The notes under the pieces were generated by a model. That model was given only the letters and a program-made list of their open reading frames with translations, made no database searches and was not told the origin of the DNA. Position numbers and translations under genes: made by a program. 64,000 bases of DNA from Felis catus (Eukaryota): positions 137,456,001-137,520,000 of the forward strand of contig NC_058368.1 of the NCBI RefSeq assembly GCF_018350175.1, written 5' to 3'. Of the stretch, positions 1 to 11,714 are shown in pieces. The number at the start of each line of letters is the position of its first letter. Positions within the stretch are counted from its first letter, which is position 1.

Positions 1-226
1 GTCAAAAATCAGTTGACCATAGGAGTATGGGTTTATTTCTTGACTTTCACTTATATTCCATTGTCCATCCTTATACTAGTTCTACACTGTTTTGATTATT
101 ATAGCTTTGCAGCAAGTTTAGAATCAAGAAGTGAGAGTCTTCCAGCTTTGGTCTTTAGCAAGATTTTTCTGCCTATTCTGGGTCCTTTGCGTTTTTTCAT
201 GAATTTTAGGTTTAGCCTATCAATTT
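1..226 (-). mobile_element. Old L1 (L1M) ORF2 fragment
   Basis: gtcaaaaatcagttgaccata...tatagcttt...ccagctttg...ggtcctttgc resembles antisense L1 ORF2 consensus. Confidence 0.75.
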
Positions 227-1617
227 AATTAATTAGTTATTTAATTTTAGTTGATATGTATAACCTGTCAATTTTAGACTTTAGGTTTTACAGTGGCAAT
301 TTATAAAACTATTGTGAGGATCATTTAAAATTGGACATTCTTGAATGTTTTGCATGGTTTTTGATAGGTGAATGTGTTCTTGAATCTTGCTGACTTAATT
401 CCAAATTGTTCATTAAGATTTAAAAAAAAAATTATAGTTTACTGCAAATTGTACATTAACATTTTAAAGTTATTTTTTGTTTCTGTTAATTGAGCTTTGA
501 ACATAGCCTTGTCTGATGTTTTTGGCTATTAAGAATAATGCTTTCTGTGAACATTCTTTGTATTGGTTTTTGGGTGCCCCTGTTTGTCCCTCATAAGGAA
601 GGGACAGGAATAAATTTGGATATGAAATTTAGACAGAATTCCTAGTTTAATTTATGGTTTTGTCTTTGCCTTCACTTCCACTGTTGAATACAAATAGTAA
701 AAAAAGATTGCATTTTATTTTACTTTCAAGCCTGGAATTGGGGCTGAAAGCTCTAAACTGGAACTTTAAAAAGCTCCAAAGGAGGACTAAATGAACTGGG
801 CAAGACTAGGAACAGGAACTAAATCACTTCTGAGAATTTGATAGTTGTCTAAGACAACTCAAAAATGTACATATTTTAGGACCATTTATAATTTCTTAAA
901 ATAGAGAAATTGTAATATTAATTTCACTTTTCTCCCCTAGTATTTAAAGTGGCACTGTCAGAATAAATGAAACTTGTCAAAGTGAGGTAATGGGAAACTC
1001 TGAATTTTTAAGTTTCTAATCAAACAACCTATTAATTATTGTTTTCCCTACAAAGAAAAAGACAAACCTTTTTGTTGTGGCATTTGTTAGAGGAAAGTTT
1101 GAGTCATTCAAACTATTTTCAAGCCCTTTCGAAAGCAGCACATCCTGCCTTTTTCTTTAAAGTGTAGTTTTTCTTAACTAAAACTGTATCCTATGTTACG
1201 GATTACTTAATTTTTTACTTTGAAGAGAAAATGTATTTAAAAGTTCCTACGGAACAGGTGTTTTGTTGCTGATTAGTCATTTTTTGCCACGAAGTATAGT
1301 GCCTTTGATAATCAAGTTGAAAATGTTTTTCTTTTCCATTAAAATTGGATAACAAAATTAATTTTGATAGCACAAATCCACACCATTGCCTTAATATATA
1401 AAAACAGTTGTTAACCCTTCAAAAGATAATGTCAGTTTAAAGAGTTATTGCAAATATTATAGTGAGGAAGTGTTTATGTACACTGCTTTTTCAGAGTAAG
1501 AGTAAAATTTATAATACTTTTGAGATAGTCTATGTCATCAGTGATGGCTCCATAGTAATTAAAATGGCTTTATATTTTTATATAAACCCAGATTATTTAA
1601 TTCAGGATTTAAATTTT

Positions 1618-2226
1618 TAATTTTTTTTTTAAATTCCAGTATAATTAGCATACAGTGTTTTTTAGTTTCAAGTGTACAGTGTAGTGATTCAGCAGTTCTC
1701 TACAGGGGTTCCTGGGTGGCTCAGTCCATTAAACATCCAACTTCAGCTCAGGTCATGATCTCACAGGTTGTGAGTTTGAGCCCTGCGTTGGGCTCTGGGT
1801 TGACAGCTTAGAGCCTAGAACCTGCTTTAGATTCTCTGTCTCCGTCTCTCTGTCCATACCCCTCTCATGCTCTGTCTTTGTCTCTCTCTCTCAAAAATAA
1901 ATGAAAATTAAAAAGTAATTTTAAAAAACCAGTCCTATACATTACTCAGTACTCATCATGGTAACCGTACTCTTTAATCCCCTTCACCTGTTTCACCCAT
2001 CCTTCCACCTGCCTCTCCTGTGGTAACCATCAGTTCGTTCTCTATAATTACGGGTCTGTTTTTGGCTTGTCTCTTTTTTTGTTTTGTTTCTTGAATTCCA
2101 CGTATGAGTGAAATCATATGGTACTTGTCTTTCTCTGAGTTATTTCATTTAGCATTATACTCCCTAGCTCTATCCATGTTGTTGCAAGTGGCAAGATTCC
2201 ATTCTTTTTTATGGCTGAGTAATATT

Positions 2227-2288
<62 letters not shown>

Positions 2289-3037
2289 TGTGTGTATGCT
2301 ACTCTTCTTTGTCTACTCATCTATATAGATGGACCTTTGGGTTCTTTCCATATTTTGGCTATTGTAAATATTGCTGCGGGGCTCAGGTGGTTAAGTGTCC
2401 AACTCTTGATTTAGGCTCAGGTCATGGTTTCATGGTTCATGAGCTTGAGCCTCACCTCAGGCTCTGTGTTGACAGCGTGGAGCCTGCTTGGGATTGTCTC
2501 TGTCCCTCTCTCTCTGCCTCTGTCCTGCTTCTGCATGCGTGCACATGTGCTCTCTCTCTCAAAATAAGTAAACTTAAAAAAATAATGCTGTAATAAGCAT
2601 AGGGGTGCATGCGTCTTTTTGAGTTAGGTTTTTTATATTCTTTGAGTAAATACCCAGTAGTGGAATTACTGGATTATATGGTAATCCTAATTTTAACTTT
2701 TTGAGGAATCTCCATAGTGTTTTCCATAGTGGCTCCACCAGGTTGCATTCCCATCAATAGTGCCTGAGTGTTCCTCATTCTCCACATCTTTGTCAACCCT
2801 TCTTGTTTCTTATGTTTTTGATTTTAGCATTCTGACTGGTATAAGATATCTCATTGTGGTTCTGATTTGCATTTCTCTAATGATGAGTGATGTTGAGCAT
2901 TTTTTTTACGTGTCTGTGGCCATCTGTATGTCTACTGGAGAAATGTTTGTTCATGTCTTCTCATTTTTTAATTGGATTGTTTTTTTTTTGGTAGTGAGTT
3001 GTATAAGTTTTTTGTATATTTTGGGTACTAACCCCTG
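1618..3037 (-). mobile_element. Carnivore-type L1 3' end, interrupted by two + strand Can-SINEs (about 1705-1928 and 2378-2582) and a (TG)n
   Basis: poly-T then tagtttcaagtgtacagtgtagtgattc...attccacgtatgagtgaaatcatatggta...aaatacccagtagtggaattactgg; SINE heads gggg..cctgggtggctcag with A tails. Confidence 0.85.
2229..2294. repeat. (TG)n microsatellite, 26 pure units plus an interrupted extension
   Basis: direct reading. Confidence 0.98.
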
Positions 3038-5175
3038 AAATTTTTTTTTTAAGAATGGATTTCATTAGTGATAATTATTTAAGGGGAAAAATTCAACAAA
3101 ACCTGATTTAAATCTTTATAAACCTCATTTTGCGTAACATTCCTAATTTCTGTAAAATATGAAGCATTCTCCCAAAGACGTTAAGTATCCTGTAGCATAT
3201 ATCACATTGTAATGAACTAACGTTTTTAGTTAGGTGACCCCTTGCAAAGATTATTTCCAGTCAGCACATCAAGAATGAAATAATTATCTTGGGTGTTTTT
3301 ATTTTGAAGTATTTCTTGTCCTTATTTCTTTCATTATTTAACCAGTACAGAAGTCTCATTCCGTTTATCTCTTGATTTCCCTGATATTGTCATGCTTTAC
3401 TTTTAAATAAAATTGTGCTTAATTATACATCCAAAATTTGATCTGTCATTACATGGATAAACTAGAAGGATTAAAATGTTTTTTAAAAACCTGGAATTGC
3501 TATTAATAGGACTTTGGAATGCAAAACGTTATATTTTTGCTTGATTATTTAATCTAAATTTAGTATCCTAGATGAGAGACTACAACTATACATGTGTCCA
3601 CACACGTATTTTGGTGGGTTATATCCATATACAAATTTAAGCATATATGTTTTTGAAAATTAGTTGAGGTGATTGTAAAAACCCAGAATAAAGACTTTGT
3701 TTTTATTACTTGAAATTTCCAAATACTGTAATTTGTGATATCTCCTTGGGATATGATTCCATTTGGTGATATACTGAAATTTAAGAAGTGTATGTGTATG
3801 CATATTTATGTATAGATTAGTTAACAGATTTGAAAAATTTACATGGTTCAGTAAATTTTCAAAAGGTACCAAAAGGAATACAGTATAAAATTTCTTTTTT
3901 TCCCAGCCAGCAAGATCTCCACAAAGGTAGTCACTGTTAACCAATTTCTTCTGTTGCTTTCCAGAGATGATCTCTGTATATACACAAGCAAATTACATAC
4001 ACTAAGTTAAAATGTGTTATTGTATAATTGTTAGCCAGTTAGCCATGCCCAAATTGTTTTCAGTTGCAACAAGCTATGAAAATGCAAAATACAGATTTAT
4101 CTAACTTGGTTTAAGTAGACCTGACAGGTAGACATTATAAAATCATAGTATTTTAGATGACATTAAATTTTATTGTGAGGCCCTTAGAATTTTAGGGGTG
4201 CAGTGGTGGTCTGTATTTTTGCCTTAATTGTTGGAGAAATTTGAAAGTGAGAAATTTACTGATTTAGTCTGTATAAGTTCCGTTCAGGGGAAAGATTTTA
4301 GAACATTGACATGGAAAGGATAAAATTTTGCTCTCTGGATTCTTTTCTAACACTGCACACTAAATCCTAAATGCTCTAATCCTTTCAGAACTACTTGTTT
4401 AGGTGAAAGCATGGGAGAACAGGTATTTTTTTTATCATCATGCATTTGGTTAGCATAAACCCCGTGGAAGTAGTTTTTGAGTTCTTTTTCTTGAGATTAT
4501 CCATCCTGGTTTCACAATTCTAAAACATTTAACAGAAGCACCCTAAAAAATCCGTATAGGAATATGGTGCCATGGAGACTTGGAATAAAAGTTTGGTTTT
4601 CACTTTATCTAGTGTGGAAAAATGAAAGAATACTAGAGTTGGAGGAATGTTAGTAGCAGTTTGGTCACCAGATAAGCATAAATTGGTCAGATTGGGGGGG
4701 GGGCGTGTACAAAAACAGTACAACAGCAACTGAGGCCTAAAATGATATCTATTGGTAAAATCGCTAAAGAATATTGCTGGGATAGCCAGATTGAGAGGAT
4801 TAAATTGCGAAATGATTAGTGAACTGTGTGTTGAATTTGAGGCATACAAGTCCATCACTTCTGTCAGGCACATGCTCCTTGATGGAACTGCAGAAGTAAA
4901 AGTTATGAAAGATATGACAGGCATATTTGCTTGACTTCAGGGAAAAGATAGGAGGGTACAGTATATGTAAAGCAAATTGGTGATGCTGGATCTTAAAACT
5001 ACTAAGTGTTAATTTTTATTTGGTTGAAACAAGAACCAGTGAAGATAGTTTTCCTTTTTAATTATATGACCATTATTATGGGATAGGTAGGACACAGAAT
5101 ACAGAAGAAAATTAAAATTATGTATCGCTGTTCCCTGTATCCTCTAAGATTTTCTTTCCAAATACAACATTCATT

Positions 5176-5394
5176 GGGTGCCTGGGTGGCTCAGTCGGTT
5201 GAGTTTCAGACTTCGTTCGGCTCAGGTCATGATCTCCCAGCTCATGAGTTTGAGCCTCACATCGAGCTCACTGCTGTTAGTGCAGAGCCCACTTCAGATC
5301 TTCTGTTCCCCACCCCCCACCCGCCACCCCCTGCCGCCCACCCCTTCCTTGCTTGCACTGTCTCAAAAATAAATCTAAAAAAAAAAATACATAC

Positions 5395-5425
<31 letters not shown>

Positions 5426-5440
5426 CACACATACATACAT
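5176..5440 (+). mobile_element. Can-SINE with C-rich internal tract, followed by (TA)n/(CA)n
   Basis: gggtgcctgggtggctcagtcgg...ctcaggtcatgatctc...aaaataaat and A tail. Confidence 0.92.
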
Positions 5441-6457
5441 TCACAATAGGTTCTGCTGTATTGTTCTGTAGCTTGGTGTTTTCAAATGAAAACAAGTATC
5501 AAGTATTTTTCTCATACGATTAAGTATTCTTTGAAAATACTTTGCGGTGACTTTCATAGGTTTTCATGGAATGCATAGGTAATTTTTAAAACTACTCCCA
5601 CTTTGAATATTTAGGTTATTTTCAGTTTTTTTTTTCATTTATGAATTATGAGGACTGAAGATTTAACAACATGAACGAGAGATGTCATTTTAAGAATGCC
5701 TTTGAATGCACAGATTGAAGAGTTTTTGAGAAACCTGAAATTGTTTTATTTTTTCATGTTGAGGGTAATTAAAATTACATTCTTTAAAGAATATTACAGA
5801 GAATTTGAAAATTCTAAAAAAATTATCTCACAACTGTTTGCTTTTGTTATTTTTGTTGAATCCCTATAATATCTATTAGATGGCTTTAAGGATTTAACTA
5901 ACTGGAAAAGGTGAATTATAACTGAAAAGTTTAGGGAGTATCTGAGGAGTTAGAAAATAATTTTTTTAATATAATAAGATTTATTTCCTTCAGCCAACCA
6001 ACAGATGTGTTTGAGTGACTTTTGTACCTGCCTGCTCTGACTGCTGAGCAATGCTCATTTTACATCTTTAATCACTGTTTTCTTCTTTAAAAACATCTTG
6101 CCAGTAGTTCTGTAGAATAGTTCTGATGATCATGTGTGAAAATTTCAATGTATAAATAGAAGGTTGACTAAAAGAGTTTGTAGCTTGTGGTTAAATGTGC
6201 TATTTACTTATAGAAAAACTGCTTACATAAGAGCTAGTGCAAAAGGAAAATGTAGAGTGGTAGGAAGTGATGATATTTATTTATTACTTTTGAAGCGGTT
6301 TGAGGTTGAGAGGAAGGTTAGGCCTGTTATTTGCTATTCACGTGATAGCACCTCCTGACCGTTTCATCCCCTTCCAATTTTTTTTTTTTTTAATAAAAAG
6401 GAACTAGGTAAAATCAGCTGTTTAATCAATAGCCTGATTATACACTATCTTCTGCCT

Positions 6458-6692
6458 GTTTTTTTTTTTCAAAAAAAATTTTTTTAACATTTATTTATTT
6501 CTGAGAGATAGAGAGAGGCAGAGCATGAGCAGGGGAGAGGGAGAGAGAGGGAGATACAGAATCTGAAGCAGGCTCCAGGCTCTGAGCTGTTTGTTAGCAC
6601 AGAGCCCGACGCGAGGCTCAAACTCAAGAACTGCGAGACCATGACCTGAGCTGAAGTTGGATGCTCAACTGACTGAGCCACTCAGGCACCCC
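6458..6692 (-). mobile_element. Can-SINE
   Basis: antisense consensus; TSD atcttctgcctgtttt on both sides. Confidence 0.95.
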
Positions 6693-7187
6693 ATCTTCTG
6701 CCTGTTTTCCAGATCTTGGAGTCATCAAAAGTGAGAGATAATCCAGTTTTTTTGTTTTTAGTTTTTAATTTACTGTTGCTCTTAAAAGGTCTTTGAAGGA
6801 GAAGTTTCAAACCATTAGCTAAAATCTATAGGACTTATATAGCTTTGTACTTTTCCACTATTGCTGTTCATGGATGTTAAAAACCCAGGTACATTAACAG
6901 TTCTATTTTTTCTTCAAGTGGAAAGATGTTAGATTGTATTTCATATCTCCTTAAAAAAATTTTAAAGTATAAAGTGATGTTATAAAGTCAACCAGAAAAA
7001 GATGTCTTTGAGTTTCCAAAGTAGGTTTGATGACGTATTCAAACTTTTTAACTTGAAATTTCAAGTATGTCTCACTTGTAGATTCTAAATTAGACTAGAA
7101 AAAAACCTAAATATTTCCAGTGACTTGGTGACCTTAAGTGCAAAACTATGCATAATGTGATCTCATTTTCATGTTAAAAAGTAACAT

Positions 7188-7378
7188 GGGGCCCCTGGGT
7201 GGCTCAGTCAGTTAAGCGTCTGATTCTTGATTTCTGCTCAGGTTGTGATTTCATGGTTCATGAGATCAAGCCCCGTGTCAGGGTCTGCTAGGGATTCTGT
7301 CTCTCTTTCTCTCTCTTTGCCCCCCCCCCCCCATACTCTTTCTCTCTTTCTCTCAAAATAAATAAACTTAAAAAAAAA
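7188..7378 (+). mobile_element. Can-SINE with internal deletion
   Basis: ggggcccctgggtggctcagtcag; TSD-like taacatg flanks. Confidence 0.92.
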
Positions 7379-7482
7379 TAACATGTTACTATATGTATGG
7401 GAAAAGGAATCTGGACTGATAAACTGTTAACTGTAGTCAGAGTGGTAAGAAGAGACAATAGGTTCTGAGAAATTTGTGGTTT

Positions 7483-7975
7483 TTGTTTTCTTTTTTGATT
7501 TTTTAAGTTAACTTATTTTGAGAGAGAAAGAAAGAAAGAAAGAGAGCATGAGTTGGGGAGGGGCAGAGAGAGAGAGGAAGAGAGAGAATCCAAACAGGCT
7601 CCACACTGTAAGTGCAGATCCCAGTGTGGGGCTCAAACCCACTAACTGAGATCATGACCTGAGCCAAAATCAAGAGTCGGTCACTCAACCCACTGAGCCA
7701 CCCAGGCACCCCAGAAGTTTGTGTTTTCTTTCTCTTTTCTTTCTTTCTTTTTTTTTTTTTTTAATGTTTATTTATTTATTTTTGAGAGAGAGAGGAAGAC
7801 AGAGCATGAGCAGGGGAGGGGCAGACAAAGAGGGAGACACAATTTCAGCCAGGCTTCAGGCCCCAGCCGTCAGTACAGAGCCTGACGTGGGGCTCAAACC
7901 CAGGAACTGTGAGATCATGCCGTGAGCCGAAGTCAAGAGTCTGAAGCTAAACCCATTGAGCCACCGAGGTTCCCC
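7483..7975 (-). mobile_element. Two tandem antisense Can-SINEs (7483-7712, 7731-7975)
   Basis: two full consensus copies; target motif agaa(a/g)tttgtg repeated three times. Confidence 0.95.
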
Positions 7976-8347
7976 AGAAGTTTGTGGTTTCTTAAAGGAC
8001 TTGTATGACTCTGGACTAAACATCTTCAAAGGGTAATAAAACTTTTTTCCTTCTTCTTCATGTTAAGAATTAATTCAAAGGTTTTTAACACTTGTTTATA
8101 CCAGATTATAACAAGATTTTGTTTGCCCCAGGGCACAGTCATTAGACTTTTATGAATGTGCCACCTCTTTGTAAAGTGCATTGAGACCAGCAGATTAAAA
8201 AAGATCCTATCTTAGCGTAAATATTCAAAAGAATTGTCTTCCTTGTACCAGTAATAGTGTTAATAGTTGCTTTTGTCACTTAATACTGAAAATTTCTCTG
8301 CAAGAATTTGATTGAAATGGATAAAAATATTTGCCTAAGCTTTTTGA

Positions 8348-9300
8348 TGGCTTTATTGTGATATGTTTTATTTACTGTATAGTTCACTTATTTAAAGTGT
8401 ACAGTTCAGTGCTTTTTGACATGTAGTCCTCATCACAGTCAATTTTAAAACATTTTCATTACATCACAAAGAAAACCTGTACCTCTTTTCACCTCCTACT
8501 TCACAACCTCCCCTTCCCAACAACTCACTAAATCTTTCTATCTCAGCAGATTTGCTTATTCTAGACATGTCATATAAACGGAGTCATACAATTTATGGTC
8601 TCGTGTCTGATTTCTTTAAGATGATTATATATTCATAAAGTCACATGCATCAGTGTTTATTTCTTTTATTGCTGAATTATATTCCGTTGTATGGATATAC
8701 CTTATTTTGTCATTTTATTCACTGGTTGCTGGACATTTAAGTTGTTCCTTACATTAGGTTATTTTGGGCTGTCATGGTAATTGTGTCTTGCTTTTTTCCA
8801 TTGACAGTGTATCTATCCGTTTTAAGAATTTTAAAAATCTGCAATTTTTTTTTTACTGTAGTCTTTTAAAAAATACTGTATTTTTTTGTAGGATATACTG
8901 TCATCTACTTAACCAGTTTTATATCTTTTAAGTTTTATTCATTTTGCCAGAGAGAGAGAGAGTGAGCATGCACGCGTGAGGAGAGGCAGAGAGAGAGGGA
9001 GAGAGACAATCCCAAGCAGGCTCTATGCTGTCAGCACAGAGCCTGATGGGGGGCTTGATCTTGTGAACCGTGAGATCACGACCTGAGCCAAAGTCGAGAG
9101 TCGGACTCTTAGCTGACTGGGCCACCCAGGTGCCCCTACGTAACCAGTAATATTAATGGGTGTCTTTGAGTTTTTTCCATTTTTCACTATTATAAATAGT
9201 ACTTCAGTAAATATTCTTCCACATGTATCTTTGTGTGTGTGTGTTTCTGTAGTGTAGATTTCTAAAAGTGGGATTGCTGAATCAAAGGGCATGAATATTT
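8348..9300 (-). mobile_element. Old L1M 3' fragments with a nested antisense Can-SINE (8926-9136)
   Basis: ggctttattgtgatat...aaagtgtacagttcagtg; agtgggattgctgaatcaaagggcatg; SINE TSD taaccagt. Confidence 0.75.
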
Positions 9301-10554
9301 ACGGTTTTAGTAAAATATTGAAGATAAGAAGACATCTTTAGACATAGTTCTATTTGATAATAAAAGTCTGTTGTCAAATTATTTGTACATTCATGTATTT
9401 GTAGTCAAGGAAAAGCCAGTTCTGCTTGCTTAACAGATTTTGTTAAGAAAAAAAAATTTGTATTGAAAATGAGAAGAACATATCCACTTCAAGGTCTAAG
9501 GTGATAAAATGGATATGCAGTTCAGAAATACTTCTTATTTTACTTTTCTTTGAATTAGAGCCATCTACTAAAAACGTTGGTGACTAATATAAAATTTCAG
9601 AACCTGTGTGGAGATACTTCTGGTTAAAAAAAATTGGGGTGATCTTAAATGGTGGCAGAATTACAATGAGTTACAATTATCTTTTTTAAGAGTGGTCTCT
9701 CCCTGTTTCACCAGAATTTTCAGTTTTGTGCAGGTGAAGACACTGAAGCCAAATGGGCCTAGACCTCAGCTCCAGGGGTCTTGTCTTCTGCTGTATTTTT
9801 TGACATATAAATGTCTATGTATTTAGTATTTATTTAGTCATCTGTTATCAAAGCTGTAAAGTAAGTTTTTGGCAAGGGACAATACAATTTGGGTTCTTTG
9901 TCAGACACGTTGAAATTTTTTTTTTTTTTTTAGAAAAAAGGTCTATTTGTATTTAAGTGTGTGTGTGGAGTGAGAGAGATCACCCTACACACTAGCGCCA
10001 TTTGAAGTAGTAAAATTTTTGTTTAGTTTGTGCTAAAGTTCATGAGTAATAAATATTTGTGTTAATAGGTTTGTGAAATTGTTAATGAATAGTGCCTGGA
10101 GTTAGACTCATGTTTTCTGACCTCAGTAAATGAAAAATCCGAAAATAAGAAGAAATGACAAATGGATTTGTAATCATGTGTTTATGCATATTCATTATAT
10201 GTGAATATGTGTTTATATTTAGTTGTTAGTGCATTTTGAGGCAGGGTTCTTCTGTATCACATCCTTATTAGAATGAATTTTCCTTGTCTTTCCAAGTGAA
10301 GACCTGAGGGATGGAGTAGTTAGTACTGTTTCTTAAGGTATATTATTGATACTGTATTAATATTGTATTGCATATTAAATAGATTAATATTCATAATTTC
10401 CTCTATTAGGATTTTTAACTAGTAGGCTATTTGGATATCTGAAGTTCCCAAAAAAGAGCTTACTCTTTAAAGGACTTTTTGATTAAAACCCAAATTTCCA
10501 AATGTAATTTAACCTTTACTTGATTCCTAAATGTTTATAATACTATAACAGTGA

Positions 10555-10760
10555 GGGGTGCCTGGGTGGCGTAGTCAGTTATACATCCTTGGTGAAGTGA
10601 CTTCTAGTTAAGTGACTCTTGGTTTTGGCTCAGGTCGTGGTCTCACAGTTCATGGGTTTGAGCCCTGTGTCAGGCTGTGTGCTGGGATTCTGTCTCCCTT
10701 TCTCTCTGCCACTCTCTTACCTTTCTCTCCCTCAAAAATAAATAAATAAACATAAAAAAA
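10555..10760 (+). mobile_element. Can-SINE with an ~29-nt internal insertion
   Basis: consensus head and tail; TSD aatact(ata/gtt)acagtga. Confidence 0.92.
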
Positions 10761-10887
10761 TACTGTTACAGTGAGGCAAAACGCTCAGGACCTTGTTGCC
10801 CCAGTTACTAGATGGTGTCCAGTTTCTTATCTCTTTTTAAAAAAGTTTTGTTTTGTTTTTTTACCTTGTAATCCTGGTAGAGTATTT

Positions 10888-11083
10888 TTTTTTGTTTGTT
10901 TATTTATTTATTTTTAATATATGAAGTTTATTGTTAAATTGGTTTCCATACAACACCCAGTGCTCATCCCAAAAGATGCCCTCTTCAATACCCATCAGCT
11001 ACCCTCCCCTCCCTCCCACCTCCCATCAACCCTCAGTTTGTTCTCAGTTTTTAAGAGTCTCTTATGCTTTGGCTCTCTCCCAA
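10888..11083 (-). mobile_element. 5'-truncated young felid L1 (L1_Fc-like) 3' end
   Basis: aaattggtttccatacaacacccagtgctcatccc; perfect 14-bp TSD ctggtagagtattt at 10874-10887 and 11084-11097. Confidence 0.92.
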
Positions 11084-11714
11084 CTGGTAGAGTATTTCTA
11101 ATAGTCTGTGTGTCTGTTTGAATAGCCTTTTACTCCTAATTCGCTTCCAATTTGAATATGATAATGAATATGCATAATGCATATTGGGAACCCAGGTAAC
11201 CTGACTTGTTAGATTTATATGCAAATGATTAGTAGTAGCTGTCTATTGAGAACTTTGGGGCATGAGAGCTTCAGACTTTTGATTTTATGATTTTAGAATT
11301 TAAGTTTCATTTTGTTTTTAGAGTTCATGACTATATTTTGGAAGTTGGTGGATAGGTAATTATGTGTAATTTATGCATTCAAGTAATCAAATGAATCCCT
11401 TTGAGGATTCAGGTCCTTCATCATTTTGTCTGTAATTGTACTTACTAATCTGCATTATGATGTTATTTTTGCTTACATAAACTAGGGATAATGGTTATGT
11501 CAGAGAATATTCTTCTTATGGTTAGAATAAATTTGCATGAAAAACCCATGGAAAGTAAAAAGCCAAAGTTAAATAATAACTTTTTTCTTTATGTTAAACA
11601 TAAAAAATTATAGAAACCAAATGGGTATCTTTGGATTCATTAAAGATATTGGTTTTATGTTATATTCTTACTTGTAAAAAGAAATTGATGTTCAAAATGT
11701 TGAGTATATTGTTT

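Noticed and set aside
2104..2593. ORFs with CVCV or THTH runs
   Set aside because: Microsatellite translations.
4529..4934. 131-aa minus-strand ORF with an overlapping 60-aa plus ORF in apparently unique sequence
   Set aside because: No recognisable domain or splice context, and roughly one stop-free stretch of this length is expected by chance in six frames of 64 kb. Would need BLAST or PhyloCSF support.
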